From assembly GCA_964016885.1 (NCBI GenBank), contig OZ024743.1, forward strand, positions 60,884,001 to 60,948,000: a stretch of 64,000 bases of DNA, written 5' to 3'. A program made the position numbers and the translations under genes. This DNA is from Eledone cirrhosa. Taxonomy: Eukaryota. Every line of letters starts with the position of its first letter. The stretch's first letter is position 1. Below, one piece after another: positions 12,818 through 26,469 of the stretch. The notes under the pieces were generated by a model. That model saw only the letters and a list, made by a program, of their open reading frames with translations. It had not been told where the DNA came from and did no database searches.

Positions 12818-13660
12818 AAGGAGATCAATATCCTCACAGGTACTAAGTACCTCTGGAAATATATAGGGTGTCTATGATATAGTGGTTGTTCCATGGTATT
12901 AATTTGACATACCAGAACTATAAAATTGAGATAAGCGGAGCAAGCAAGATTCAAACATTTTTTTTTTATAAATTAAAAAATATCATTTAAATATTCACCT
13001 ATTCCTTTTGCTTTTACGGCGGTTTCACCTTACAAAAGGTTGGAGATCCTAGGGACTTCCAATGGAAATGTTCAGATCTTCAGAAAGCATTTTCCCTATC
13101 TAGGACGTAAAATCCCAGGAACGGCAAAATACATTGCCATCTGCCGGCTAGTATAGGATCGAATGAGGCCGTAAGCTTGACCAGCCCTTGGTAGAAGCGG
13201 AAGTAAACATAGACGTGTTGTCTATCACGCCACTAAAAATACCAGCTAAATAAAACAACGGATTTGTTCTCTTGTGAGGTGAAACCGTCGGTAAGAACAA
13301 AAAGAATAGGTGAATATTTAAACTATATTTTTTTTATTTATTTAAAAAAATTGTTTGAATTTTGCTTGCTCCGGTTATTTCAATTTTATAGTTCTGGTAT
13401 GTCAAATTAATACCATAGAACAACCACTGTACCATAGACACCCTATACATTTCCAGAGGTACTTAGTACCTGTGGCGATATTGATCTCCTTTTTATATAT
13501 CTCCGTTATGTTGAGAACAAATCCGTTGTTTTATTTACCTGATATTTTTAGTGGCGTGATAGACAACACGTCTATGTTTACTTCCGCTTCTACTAAGGGC
13601 TGGTTCATGCACAGGTCAAGCTTACGGCCTCATTCGATCCTGTACTAGTCGGCAGATATC
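12810..13660. repeat. Interleaved inverted repeats (12810-13035/13272-13500 and 13140-13270/13513-13658)
   Basis: Direct reverse-complement matches; the 12745-12954 and 13355-13648 ORFs share peptide text on opposite strands. Confidence 0.9.
13010..13088 (-). ncRNA. Type I hammerhead ribozyme (partly decayed)
   Basis: GCTTT-CTGAAGA-T..TGTAAGGT-GAAA-CCGCCG-TA-AAAGC; stem I perfect, stems II and III imperfect. Confidence 0.6.
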
Positions 13661-14527
13661 TGCCTGTCTTCCCATCTATTTGTTTGCCTGTCTATTGGTC
13701 TGTGTGACCATCAATGTATAGTTATCGCCAGTACGACTTACCTCCGTTCTGGCGATGACATAGCTAGTTTGGCTGCCTTCGTCTTGTTTTTGTTCTTATT
13801 TTTGCTGTGCCTCAATAAGGATTACTTAACTAAATGTATTATGTTCATACTTTCTGATGACGTCGCCAATTATGTTGCACCATGCTCTATTGGGGTAAGT
13901 TAATCCACCACAGAAATACGTATTATACAACATTAAGGAAAGTATTTGGAATCCGGTTTTATCATGAAGTAGTTAACAGCGTTCGTGTACCATCCACGTG
14001 ATGCCTCATATATGATGGAAGATACACAAGACGCAGGGTGCTTTTGCCTTTTAGACAAAGGGCTACTGATCAGAATGACTAGATCAGAAACCCAGCTAGC
14101 TATTAGTTAAACCATATAACGCAAAGAAAAGAATGTATGTTGTGTCCTTATACGTGCTAGTGTGAGTGTGTCTGTGTGTGTGTTTGCGTGTGTGTGTGTG
14201 ATTGTATGCAAATATGTGTACAATCTATTGGCATTGACTTCATTACATTTCATTTGAAACCGTAGTTATTTTTCTTCAATGAAGAATGGAATACATTGAC
14301 ATCTAATCAACTATATGAATATTAATATCGTGCTTGGAACAGATGTAATTAAATTGAATATTAAAAGAGTTTTCCAGCTTCATAGAATAGATTTCTTTAA
14401 ACATTTTATATATTCTCACCACAATAGCTTAATTGGTAAGGTGTTCGAAGTGATGACACAATGCACAGGTAGTGGTGTCCATCTCCCCAGAAATTACTAA
14501 GGTGTCATATTAAATATTTTCATTTAT

Positions 14528-14630
14528 AGGTGCAGTTATGGCTGTGTGGGGAAAGGGTTCGCTTCACAACGTGATTCTTAATTCGAGTCCGCTGCGTGGT
14601 ACCCTTGGCAAATGTCTTCTATCATAGTCT
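14528..14630 (+). mobile_element. tRNA-SINE of a second family (decayed 5' part)
   Basis: TGGCTGTGTGG A-box, TTCGAGTCC B-box, GTGGTACCCTTGGCAAATGTCTTCTA; similar reverse head at ~44930-45010. Confidence 0.6.
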
Positions 14631-14638
14631 AATGTTTA

Positions 14639-14694
<56 letters not shown>

Positions 14695-15790
14695 TAGGGT
14701 TTATGGACTGTAATGTGACAGTTAGACAAAAAAGACACCGGTAAAGTAAGTACTAGATTTCAAACATTTAGTACTGGGGCCATATGATCGACTTAACTAA
14801 AGTGGTATCTCGCTGCAGCGGCAATCTATTGATTATAACTAGTAAAATAAATTATTCAAATGCATGCCCATGTTTAGGTCTATAGCAACATTTAAATATA
14901 AGCTTAAGTCAGAGCTAAAACCATATACTCTCTCTTACACTATTCGAGTCAAAATAATGACACAACCCAGAGATGATTATTAACAGAATCTTTAGGGCGT
15001 CGAACAAGATCCCTTGCGGTATTCTTTTTTCATCATGATAGCCTTTAGAGAAGTAGATAGGTGCATCACTATAGCCTTTAGAGAGGTAGATAGGTGTAAT
15101 CCGTCATACGGATTTGTACCTCTACCTGTTCCTTGAGTGCCTTTAGCAGAGTTCACTCCATTCATTTGAAAGCATTAGAGTCAAATCTTTTGTTTGCATC
15201 TAACTAACTCCTTTCCTCCTAGGAGGCTCAGAAAAGTGTCATGGATACTGCCGTTCGTTCTCCTGACGTTTCGAAAGTCTTGAGTCTTTGCAATATGTGG
15301 AATTTGAGGAATTTGTAGAACGTACATAACGTGTGGAATACGAAGAATATCTACGATGAACAGAATGTTGGTAATGCGAGGAGTTTGTGGACCATGTGGA
15401 ATGGTTTGTATTTGTGAAATCTTGGGTATATGTGAAACGTCTGAAATATGTGGTATATTTGGAATGGGTGACTGTGTAGAATATAGAGATTGTGTTATAT
15501 TTAATGAAAGGATAATGATTTTTGGATTGTATAGAAGGTGAATAGTATACTAAATGCGTGTAGTGTGTTGGTGATATTTTTCTGGAATGTGCGAAATGTG
15601 TGTAATGTGTGGAATGTTTTGAATAGGTGGTATTGTTGGAATATATAATATGTGGATAGATACTCAGGTTAAAGGATTGATTATCTATATTTTCAGTGCA
15701 TTCATATATACATACATATGTATACATAAAACAGATATATATATAACTAATTTTGCTTCCTGTGTTTTGTTTCACTTCATTTATTAAAAA

Positions 15791-15829
<39 letters not shown>

Positions 15830-15936
15830 ATAATAATACATTTAAAGACTAAAATCCAAAGAGGGCTCGATAAGGATAAATATATATCAGATATATAAGA
15901 ACCGTAGAGCAAATATTTATTAAAATAACAGATTAA

Positions 15937-15987
15937 AGTTTAAGCAAAGAATCGCTGCTTTCACCCTTGCCGGGATCTTCTGAAACT
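15937..15987 (-). ncRNA. Hammerhead-like motif with variant core CAGAAGA
   Basis: AGTTT-CAGAAGA-TCCC-GGCAA-GGGT-GAAA-GCA..TGC-TT-AAACT; all three stems present. Confidence 0.65.
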
Positions 15988-17026
15988 AAAAAAGTCAATC
16001 TGTGAACGCAGAAGTAAATATATCAAAAAACGTTGCACCCGAAGAAAGACAGGAAGACGATACTTTGGTTCGTGGAAACGTTCCCTGGTAAAGAACGGGA
16101 AAAAACGAAGATAATACGTCATTATTTGGTGCGGTGAAAAACAATTACACGCAAAGACAAAACCACGTTTATGGTATAAATGAAGTCGTAGACTAATATT
16201 CTATTAGGTGGTCATGGAGACGTTCTCTGGCAATGAACGTAAAAAACGAAGATAATACATCATTATGTGGAGCAAAGAGAACAATTACACGTAAAGACAA
16301 AACCACGTAAATGGTATAACTGAAGTCGTAGACTAAAATTCTATTTAGGAAACCGTATGATTCTCGGCTTCAGAGTTAAGAATAAAGTAAATAAAATACA
16401 GAGGTAATTAAAATTAAATATATACATACACGCATCCACATACGTACATACACAAGCATACGCGAAAACACTCGCCATGGGTATGCAAATACAAGCGCGT
16501 ACAGAAAAAAAGAAAAAAAACACGCACGCAGATACTAGAACCCATGCAACGCCTGTACCCACACACATACGAACGTATACACCAAATGCACATAAAAATC
16601 TATATAAAAACATATACATATACATGCGTGTGTGTGTGTGTGCGTGTATACATAATTAAATAAACGTATATAAATATACGTATATAACGCGTGTACACAC
16701 ACACCACCACCATGTAAATACACCTATGTTCGCGGACGTACATCAACCAAAACACAAAGTACACATATACACACACCCTACATACGTACGAAACCGCATA
16801 CTCACACAGGCGCAAAACTCAGGTATAGACATAACCAAATGCACATGTATCGGTATATATAATATATACGCCAATAACATATACAAGCAAATATACGTAC
16901 GAGAAAGTATACGTACCTTCACAAACCATACAGGTAATATATACTTACCTATACGAATAAGTAATGCTATTAACATAAATACTTAGCTACCACATCAAGA
17001 CGTAAATTATCCGCGTATAGTTCGTA

Positions 17027-17650
17027 CTATCCATTAGGGTATAATGTGGGGCTGTAATACAGGAAAATGTTGTGCACTTTATGTTTACAAGCCAAAATTG
17101 CCTTAGATTTTTTGTTTAAGGTGTGGTCTTTGGCGAAGAGTATTTCCAGGGCCTCAGCGGCGCAGAGATCACATGGTCTTTTATTTCCGTTGTACGATCT
17201 AGCCTTAGCTAGGATCTCCCAGTGTAACTTACATTGGGTGTGGTTGTCTTTTAGACTCCAGATATAAGCTGAAAGTGACGTCATATTCCTTCTTAAAGGG
17301 TTAAGAATAGAATGGGTATGCATCTAAAGACGCTGCTTGAATCTATTGGCGGTTAACCATATGTAGGCCTTACGGGACGTGGGTGTTTCAACCTTACATT
17401 TGTAGACAATGTTACTAGAGTGGCATTTCCCGGATAGGGGGCAGTCAACCCGATTCCTACAATTACAGTTAGTACTAGCTACAGGGTTGCACGTGTTCAT
17501 ACGGCTAGGTAATTTAGCTAAACATGAAGCTGTGATATTATGTGCAAGGTTAGGAGTCGTAGAGGAAGAAATTAGTATTTCTATTAAACATTTTACTATA
17601 TTCATGTGGTAGGGGAAATGCTTCATAATAAGGGAGAGAAAGATCTTAGC
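17027..17650 (-). pseudogene. PLE linker + GIY-YIG endonuclease, one in-frame TAG
   Basis: CNCRNRVDCPLSGKC-NIVYKC..YIWLT..FKQR..TSLSAYIWSLK..WEILAKA..CDLC..LNKKS..CKH. Confidence 0.9.
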
Positions 17651-17657
17651 TAAAGTT

Positions 17658-17691
<34 letters not shown>

Positions 17692-17694
17692 AAA

Positions 17695-17750
17695 GGGAAA
17701 AGAGGACCCTGACGGCTGAACTCCAGCCGTTTCGACAGCTATATCCGAAC
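17695..17750 (-). other. Isolated hammerhead 3' half between (TA)n tracts, related to 880-1014
   Basis: Minus strand TAGCTGTC-GAAA-CGGCTG-GAGTT-CAGCCG-TC-AGGGTC. Confidence 0.6.
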
Positions 17751-17765
17751 ATATATATATATATG

Positions 17766-18215
17766 TAAATTAATAAAACAATGAATAAAAACAAAGAAAC
17801 AGTTCCTTATATTAACAAATTCATCAGTTTACGATCGTTTCAAGGATATATATGTGTGTGTTGGTATGTATATCATATAGATATATGTAAAAATTTTACA
17901 AACTATCAGAAGAAATATACATACCTACACATATATATTCTGTCTTCAGAAACAATCTATTTTTACATAGATATATATGATATACATACCAACACACATA
18001 TATATCCTAGAAACGATCGTAAAATGATGCATTTTTTAATATAAGGAACTGTTTCTTTGTTTTTATTCATTGTTTTTATTAATTTATCTTGACTCTGTTT
18101 TCCTGTGATTTTCATAGAAAAAATTTTTGAATACATCTTTTTTCATAATATTTGGATTACATTGAATTCTTCATACGGATTCGACACTACCGTATATTTT
18201 GGTAGATTTATCTAC
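17766..18215 (+). mobile_element. PLE-type fold-back insertion with hammerhead 3' half
   Basis: Inverted repeat 17766-~17895/~17960-18086; CCTA-GAAA(18010)-CGATCG-TA; tail to (TA)n; paralogous to 19591-19975. Confidence 0.8.
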
Positions 18216-18395
18216 ATATATATATATAGTAATGAAGATATTTATATTTATATATGTTTAATACAACTATAAATATGGAGGGTAGTACTAAATACTAGCC
18301 GGTTATTGGTATGACAAAAGGCTCAATGCTCATGTGTTTACAGGGCCCAGATACAAAGTATTAAAACGATCAAATTTTAGTTTAAAACATTTATT

Positions 18396-18442
18396 TCCTG
18401 ACAATTGTTTCTTCCACATGTAAGTCTGGAATCATCGGAGCA
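18396..18442 (-). ncRNA. Type I hammerhead ribozyme (CCGAUGA core) in a decayed AT-rich element (~18230-19360)
   Basis: TGCT-CCGATGA-TTCCA..TGGAA-GAAA-CAATTG-TC-AGGA. Confidence 0.7.
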
Positions 18443-19374
18443 TAGGGAATGTCGAAACATGTGACTAACATCCTAGTCATTCAGAATATTTAGGGTATAT
18501 AAATATTGTTAGTGCCATAGGCATCATGTAGAGAGTCAGGAGTTAAAAGGACGTTATGGTTGGGAGAACACAATTACAGGCAGCACTGGTTGATAGTGTA
18601 AGAGTTATAATTAAAAAGTACAGGCAAAAACGTTACAAGCAAGGAAAATGGTGTACAATTCAGGAGTCAATAAAGCATATATGAGGAAAGCGTTATAATT
18701 CAGTTCAAATAAATATAGTTTGTGTGGGGTGTTAAAGCATGTTATAATTGTTAGAAATGTTTAAGATGGCGTGTAATTTGTTAGAGAGACATGTGGTGAT
18801 AATGTAGGTATTTGTTATGTGTGGTGTAATGCAAAGCACGTGATAGAGTTGGATAAGTGATTTTCATTCAAGTGTTTGTGTGTTGAAGTTCGTTTGTATG
18901 GGTATATGTTGTTTCTAGCTCACAGCTATTAACCCATGGGATTATTTTGAGTCATTTATAGTCAATAGGTGTTTGATTGTTAAATGTAGATTCCACCGAA
19001 TTACTGACCATGTTGTTATTGTGGGTATATTATCGTATGCATTTTTTATCTACAAATTATCCTCTCTAGGGTTATTAAGCGTTATTAACCGTTATTAAGC
19101 TGTTGGTAAACCATTAGGTTGCTTAATTTTATGAGTTTACACAGGAAGTTGTAAAGGGGGTTAATAACAAAGGGAGGTAATTAAGGTTGTTGATAAGTTA
19201 AGGGTTTTTTTATTATTATTGTAGTAGTGTTATAAATTAATCTTTATAGAGTATATAAAATATCATTGGTTATATAATTGTTATCTTTTAAACTTGTGTG
19301 GAGGGAGTTAGACACATTTAAAAATTATTTTATTATAACTAGATAGTTTATATATAGTTAGTATATGTATATAT

Positions 19375-19560
19375 AATTGTTTCTGCTTTTGGCACAAGGT
19401 CACCATTTATTCAGTGCATTACTGGTACTTTATTTTATCGAACCCGTAAGGATGAGAGGCAAAGACAACCTCGGCGGGATTTGAACTCAGATCGTTAAGG
19501 GACGTAACCATGCTGGAAAGCATGGCGTCCGACTCTCTACCGATACTGCCAATCCACCGA
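19375..19560 (-). mobile_element. tRNA/Meta-like SINE
   Basis: Close reverse copy of 4186-4375. Confidence 0.9.
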
Positions 19561-19590
19561 ATATACATATGTGTGAGAATGCATGTGAAT

Positions 19591-19971
19591 ATATAAGTTA
19601 AAAGAATGAAATAAAAATTCAAGTCATTAGAAATATACTTCACTGCTTTACGATCGTTTCTAGGTGATGATAATACATCGTAACCATATTTCGTTATCGA
19701 TCTAGTTACAAAATATATTTTAACCTTACATAGATCGATAACGAAGTGTGGTTACGATGTATTATCATCACCTAGAAACGATCGTAAAGCAGTGAAGTAT
19801 ATTTCTAATGGCTTGAATTTTTATTTCATTGTTTTAACTTATATCATGACTCTGTTTTCCTTTTAATGTTTTATTGTTTTCCGGAATTTATTTTAACCTA
19901 CAACATTTTCAACATATGGATTACATTGAGTTCTTCATGCAGACTAGACCCCACAACTTACCGTGGATATC

Positions 19972-19975
<4 letters not shown>
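19591..19975 (+). mobile_element. PLE-type fold-back insertion with hammerhead 3' half
   Basis: Inverted repeat 19591-19704/19731-19844; CCTA-GAAA(19775)-CGATCG-TA-AAGCAG; tail to (TA)n. Confidence 0.8.
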
Positions 19976-20037
<62 letters not shown>

Positions 20038-20399
20038 CATATTGTACAGAGAGAGTTGACATTTTTTATGACAGTATAGTGAGTTGCATAATATATACTG
20101 GAGTAATTGGTGTTATATACACAATTGTCTGCTATTTAATTGGTGTTGTATATTGAGAGTATGTTAGAGTATCTATATTATTTAATTATTTTAATTGTAT
20201 AAGGTAAGAGATCAAACAAGGGGTTTATTGACAGTATATAGGATATTGTGGTCTTTTAATTAAGGTGTATTCCTGTATTTATGAAGATCTAATTCGATAA
20301 ATTAAACGGTGGTGGTCTAGTGTTATCTCCGGCATTGGTTTAATGTTTATTATTATTATTATTAGTTACTAGGTTTGAAGTAGTGGAAAGAGAATCTAT

Positions 20400-21170
20400 G
20401 GTAATGTGGACACGTGGAGAAGATCTCTGATTTCCTATTTAGCAGGCTAAGATTAGAGTGAATACTATTTCTAGACTCGAGGATGCAAAGGTTGCAAAAT
20501 GTGTTAGGTGGTCTATATGAAGGGGCCTTAGCTATCACTTCCCATTTTAAGGTATATAGTATATTACTTGATTTTAATGAGTGTATGTGGATAGTGAGGT
20601 TACGTTTCTAAGTTTAGTGTTTCTAAACGAATGAAGGCGTGAATTATATCTGGTCTTAAAGCTATTCGATGTTGAGCCTATATATACTTTCGAGATGTGA
20701 TTAGCGATTACAGTACCGGTGTAGATAATGTCTTTAATAAGGCAGTTCTTATTTAATGGGCATATCTTTTTAGGTCTACAATTACAATTGTTTTGGTAAC
20801 TAGTATACTTGTTAAGGGGGTATGCATTTGAGTGGTTGTTTCTGATTCTACTTCTAGTATAAGGATTATGGTGAGTATCATTATTATTGTTATTATTAGT
20901 ATTACTTGCAGTATAGTCCTGTACTGTGTTATTGTTAAGGTTATTTCTATGCTGGACATTATTACTTTGGAGTAATCTGAAGTACTTTTTAATCTTTCTC
21001 TTGTTGGTGCTTGCTATATGATCCGCTAAGTTAGGTGTGGTGGAGTAGGAGATTTTTGTTAAATAGGTTGTGGTATTTATGGTTAATTGGGAAGTTTTTG
21101 TCTAGAATAGAGAAGAAAGCTTTAGGAATGTTTTTTGAGACAAGGATTAAAAATGTGTTACTTCTTAATA
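20400..21170 (-). pseudogene. Second decayed PLE linker + GIY-YIG endonuclease (Naiad-like), not recognisable in the ORF track
   Basis: Manual translation FFSILDKNFPINHKYHNLFNKN..SYSTTPNL..CNCRPKKICPLNKNCLIKDIIY..VYIGSTSNSFKTRY..TSLS..KWEVIAKA..CNLC..LLNRKSEIFSTCPH. Confidence 0.85.
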
Positions 21171-21192
21171 TATATATATATATATATATATA

Positions 21193-21895
21193 TAGTAATA
21201 ATAATAAATTTGAAGACTAAATTCCAAAGAGGGCTTGATAACGATAAATATATATCAGTATATAAGAACCGTAGAGCAAATATTTATTAAAATAACAGAT
21301 TAAAGTTTAAGCAAAGAATCGCTGCTTTCACCCTTAACGGTATCTTCTGAAACTAAAAAAGTCAATCTGTGAACGCAGAAGTAAATATTTCAAAAAAGGT
21401 TGCAACCGAAGGAAGACAGGAAGACGATACTTTGGTTCGTGGAAACGTCCCCTGGCAAAGCACGAAAAAAAAACGAAGATAATACGTCATTATTTGGTGC
21501 AGTGAAAACAATTACACGCGAAGACATAACCACGTTTGTGGTATAAATGAAGTCGTAGACTAATGTTCTCTTAGGTGGTTCATGGAGACGTTCTCTGGCA
21601 ATGAACGGAAAAAACGAAGATAATACGTCATTATGTGGAGCACAGAGAACAATTACACGTAAAGACAAAACCACGTAAATGGTATAACTGAAGTCGTAGA
21701 CTAAAATTCTATTTAGGAAACCGAATGATTCTCGGCTTCAGAGTTAAGATTAAAGTAAATAAAATAGAGGGAATTGAAATTAAATATATAGATACACACA
21801 TCAATATACGTACATACACAAGCATACGCGAAACCACTCCTCATGGGTATGCAAATACAAGCATGTACACAACAAATAAAAAAATAAAAATAAAG

Positions 21896-21933
<38 letters not shown>

Positions 21934-22410
21934 TACAGAACCCACCCAACACCTGTACCGCACACATACGAACGTATACACCAAATACACATAAAGAAAA
22001 AACATATATATATGCACATGTTTGTGTGTGTGTGCGTGTATACATAATAAAATAAACTTATATAAATATACACACATAAATACGTATACAACACGCGCAC
22101 ACACACACCCAGATGTAAAGACACATATCTTCGCGGACGTACGTCAACCAAAACACAAAGTACACATATACACACACCCTACATACGTACGAACCCGCAT
22201 ACTCAAACAGACGCAAAACTCCCGTAATCACATAACCAAATGCCCATGTACCGGTATATATAATATATACGCCAATAACATATACAAGCAAATATACGTA
22301 CGAGAAAGTATACGTACCTTCACAAAACATACAGGTAACATATACTTACCTATACGAATAAGTAATGGTATTAACATAACATATACTTAGCTACCACATC
22401 AAGACGTAAA
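21193..22410 (-). mobile_element. Second copy of the 3' UTR of the 15828-17655 PLE
   Basis: Collinear direct repeat of ~15828-17008, including the internal ~140-bp duplication and HHR. Confidence 0.95.
21304..21354 (-). ncRNA. Hammerhead-like motif, CAGAAGA variant (copy 2)
   Basis: AGTTT-CAGAAGA-TACCGTTAAGGGT-GAAA-GCA..TGC-TT-AAACT. Confidence 0.65.
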
Positions 22411-22421
22411 ATATTTATATA

Positions 22422-22476
<55 letters not shown>

Positions 22477-22767
22477 ATTATTAGCTATCGTCAGCAACGT
22501 ATACCTTCCTGCCAGATTGTTGAACGTATATACTTACCTTATGCATATTAACGGCTGAGTAGCACACCGAGCATTATAATAAATGTTCAGTGAATCCATA
22601 CGTACATATATATATGTGTGTGCAAGTATGTATATATATATATACATACTGCTGTACGTCTGTATACATATATGTATGTACGTGTACATACTTATATATA
22701 TATATATTTACAGTTTTGCTCCGACACAGCTGTATATATACATAAAAGTATGTGAATTTCGTATATC

Positions 22768-23067
22768 TAATGATATGTTGAATAAACATTTGGAAAAACC
22801 TTCTACCTATGAATATTGAAAAGCTAGGGCCGTCTAGCGGATTCCAACAGAATCAGCGGGGGCAAATGCCAAAATATTTTCGGCTTTTTCAAATTCCAGC
22901 AGGCAGCAAGGGACGCCCTCCCCTGATGACGGTCAGAGCCAGAAATGCATTGGCGGTTGCCCCCATTGACTTTTTTGGAATTCCCTAGACGGTGCCAGTC
23001 GTCAGCTTTTCAGTATCCATAGCTAGCGGGCTTTTCAAATGTTTATTTATTACACATACATTATATC
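22768..23067 (+). mobile_element. Old fold-back PLE insertion with hammerhead at 22918-22956
   Basis: Diverged inverted repeat 22768-22886/22937-23067; CC-CTGATGA-CGGTCAGAGCCA-GAAA-TGCA-TT-GG. Confidence 0.65.
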
Positions 23068-23086
23068 ATTAGATATACGAAATTCT

Positions 23087-23193
<107 letters not shown>

Positions 23194-23197
23194 CGGA

Positions 23198-23269
<72 letters not shown>

Positions 23270-23274
<5 letters not shown>

Positions 23275-23453
23275 ATCCCGGGTTCAAGCAGGGGTAACCA
23301 CAGTAAGTAAGGTACTCAATATACAATTATAGAAATATAATTATAGAAATGGCTTCTACAGGACTAGAACTGTTTCATTCGAAAGAAATCACAAGGAAAG
23401 CTTTTGTGATGATTTCCTTCAAATAAAACAGTTCTAGTAGAAACCATTTCTAT
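23270..23453 (-). mobile_element. PLE-type fold-back insertion with hammerhead 3' half
   Basis: Inverted repeat 23342-23393/23403-23453; minus strand GAAA-CAG-TTCTAGTC-CTG-TA-GAAGCC; tail ends at (TG)n. Confidence 0.65.
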
Positions 23454-23468
23454 ATTAAATATTATGTG

Positions 23469-23519
<51 letters not shown>

Positions 23520-25199
23520 ATATATATGAACTTGCGATGCGAGAAAAGATGTGGAATCACGTAAAACTGACATAGCTGCTTTTAATCTTCCATTCAAAGA
23601 TATTTTATATTTTCGGATTAGAAACGTCTATTGGTAATATGTATTGTTAACATCATACGTGTATTTATAATGTTTTGTTATTGATGTTTGCCTGATCACT
23701 GGAAATGCTCAAATTTCGAAAGAAAAGATTAAATTCCTGTGTAAACTTACTTTACTAACAGTACAACTTGTCGCAGTGTCAATATATTTCAGGTATAATC
23801 TCTTTAATCTCTGCTTAGATATACAGACACAACATTCAAAGAGAAAGTTAGAATTTCAGCTTTTATATATAAAACACAAAAGTTGAAACACTAAGCTGCT
23901 CTCTAAAGAAAATTTTGATATAATTACTCTTTAGTCTTTACTCTCCATGTGGCTATATTTTCTCGTAGCTTTCTTATTAATGAAATTTTCAGAGATACAT
24001 ACTGGGTTATGTACACGATTATGTTGATAGGTATTTTAAAATTATATATGTATATATATATATATATATGAATTCCTATCAAGATAGATGTTGTATAATC
24101 GTATTTATTGCATAATACGTGTTTCGGTGACACGAGTGTACATCCTTGATCATAATAATCATCAACATTATCATCGTCATCGCCATCATCAGCAGCAGCA
24201 GCACCAGCAGCACACAGCACCTTAACCAAACATTAATTTTGGTATTTATTCATTTTCTTCAGCCTAAAACAGAATTTTCTCTGCAGAAGGAGAAATATTT
24301 ACACAAACCAACTACCTTTGGCATTAAGATCTAAATCAAATATTTTCTCACAAAGGTAACCGTCATAATATCTGCCTGATATCATGATATCATCCTGATT
24401 GGAGCTTGAATAATTGAAGTGATACAGCTGTTTATAGTGCTAACTGCAAAATTCAGCAGTGCTAATTAGATGTTAAAACGTATAACATCAAATTGATTAG
24501 AATTGTCTAGAGCGATTTTTCCTCAGACGTTAAAAATTCGTGAAGCCAAACATTATTGTTTCTATCGATTTTTAAAACACAAAACTAAACAAATCGAATA
24601 CAACGATTTTTTAACATAGATCACACGTTTAAATAAGAGAAAGTAATTTGATAAAAATGCTGCACGGGTTTCCACAAGACCTATGAAATTTTAATTAAAA
24701 GTTAATGAAAAAGAATTACAATTGTGTTAAAATATATTGATCATATAGAATCAGCTATACATAATTGATTCTATTGTGAGTTATATTTTTATTTTTCAAA
24801 TCTCAATATCTCGCAAAGAGCATTTTTTATTTTGTTTCAGTACCATGTTGAACTACAATTTCAAGACTTACATAATGTGTAAATTAAACAACAATATTAC
24901 CAATTTTCATTAGTATTTATCCCGCTGATTCTTACATGCATATATATATATATATATATGGAGAGAGAGAGGGGGTGTAAAATACCGACCCCGGTGCCAA
25001 GCGGTTTCGGCCTGTGTGTTCCGGGTTCGGGATTTTACATATCCACTCTGATTCTCCCATACATTAAGTACTTCCATACCATAATTAGTGGTCTCTTCGG
25101 TTTCAGCCCCGCACACTCTCTCGCTCTCTCTCTCTCTCCCGCTCGCTCTTTCTTTCTCTTTTTTTGACTCTCGCTCTCCCCTCCCTGTCTTTCTCTCCC

Positions 25200-25250
<51 letters not shown>

Positions 25251-25714
25251 ATGTATATTTCACAGAGAAATGAGTTTTACAGGACTTCAAAGGTTTCAGT
25301 CGTTTAAAATCAGAAAACCCGATCTCCCTTATAATTCCAAACGAATAAAACACCTCCAGTCCTGTAAACATAAACACAGAATATTTTAATCTATCCAAAT
25401 TACATTCTAATATACTCTCAGAAAAGTCTTACCATTTAGATTAACCATTCTCATTTTTGGCAAAGTTTTCATGTCCTCCAGGAACAGCAAACGATTCAAC
25501 GTTCCATACCATCCATCGATATCATAAGCAGATTTCACATTCTTTAACGTCCATAAAAGAGGAATCATTGACATTAAAAATATCAAAGGAGACATGCTAT
25601 CATATCGTAAAATCTCTCGTCTAATTTTTACATTTCCTAATAATTTACTTATTGACATTAATTCTGTGTTCCAACCAAACATACGTTGTTTCACTTCTTC
25701 TTGTATGACATATG

Positions 25715-26010
25715 TACAATAGGTAAAGAGGCAGATCGAGACCAGCGAGCCAGACCAAGGCGTCATTTGCAGCATTATGGATAGCCTCCGAGCCACCGGG
25801 AAATCGTCTATGGGAGAAATCCCAAACAGTATGCAGTACTGACTGGTCAAGGTTCTCTCTGTCACATGCTGAGCTGTCTTTCATTTTCCATCGACGAAGA
25901 TGATGGTTTGTCTTGGCATGTGTTGTTCGTATCCGATTAAGGGATATCCATTGCTTTCTTAGAGTCACAGCCGGGTGGTTTAGATGTGGGGTCCTGGACG
26001 AGGTCCTGGT
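25715..26010 (-). mobile_element. Ingi/Vingi-like LINE 3' fragment
   Basis: PPGCD..KQWISLNRIRTTHAK..LRRWKMKDSSACD..QSVLH..RRFPGG..WLAGLDLPL. Confidence 0.55.
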
Positions 26011-26469
26011 TCCATCCTATGCTCTGGTGACCTACACATGGTCCACCCTGTCTGGAATTCATTCCAAATAATGCCATTGTTCCATATATGAACATTGCTC
26101 GATATATGCTCGATATGTGTTTCACTAAATTGGTCATATTGTCAGCACCACCAAAAATGTTCATCACCATCAAATTTCAGCTGCGTGGCACGATATCTTG
26201 CACATTTTTATTTTTTATCCTTACAACGGCTAAGTTTGTCAGTCTTACTTTTCAATTCTGTATTACCATCTTGTTAATAATTACTTCCTCTTTTTACCCA
26301 TACTACCTTTCTCACACCGCTTTTGCTCCACTCGTAAAATCATCATGCATTATCATGTGGTTATACTATTTCTCCACCAAAATGGCAGTCAAAAGCTTCC
26401 ATACTAAAGGTAAGCATGTGATAGGTCTAAAATTTGATAACACTGACCTTTTTTCTCCGCCTTTAACAC

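Larger units (their letters stand above)
15828..17655 (-). mobile_element. 5'-truncated Penelope-like element (Naiad-like endonuclease) with ~1.2-kb 3' UTR and hammerhead
   Basis: GIY-YIG remnant 17027-17650, HHR 15937-15987, both ends at (TA)n. Confidence 0.85.

Noticed and set aside
13847-13930. CTGATGA..GAAA-TACGTA-TT hammerhead candidate
   Set aside because: Stems I and II do not pair convincingly.
15239-15841. 200-aa T/H/Y/S-rich ORF
   Set aside because: Low-complexity, starts in a microsatellite; likely a decayed repeat UTR (GAAACGTC half-motif at ~15270).
17324-17326. Selenocysteine recoding in the Naiad-like ORF
   Set aside because: The interrupting stop is TAG at a Tyr-like position, not TGA.
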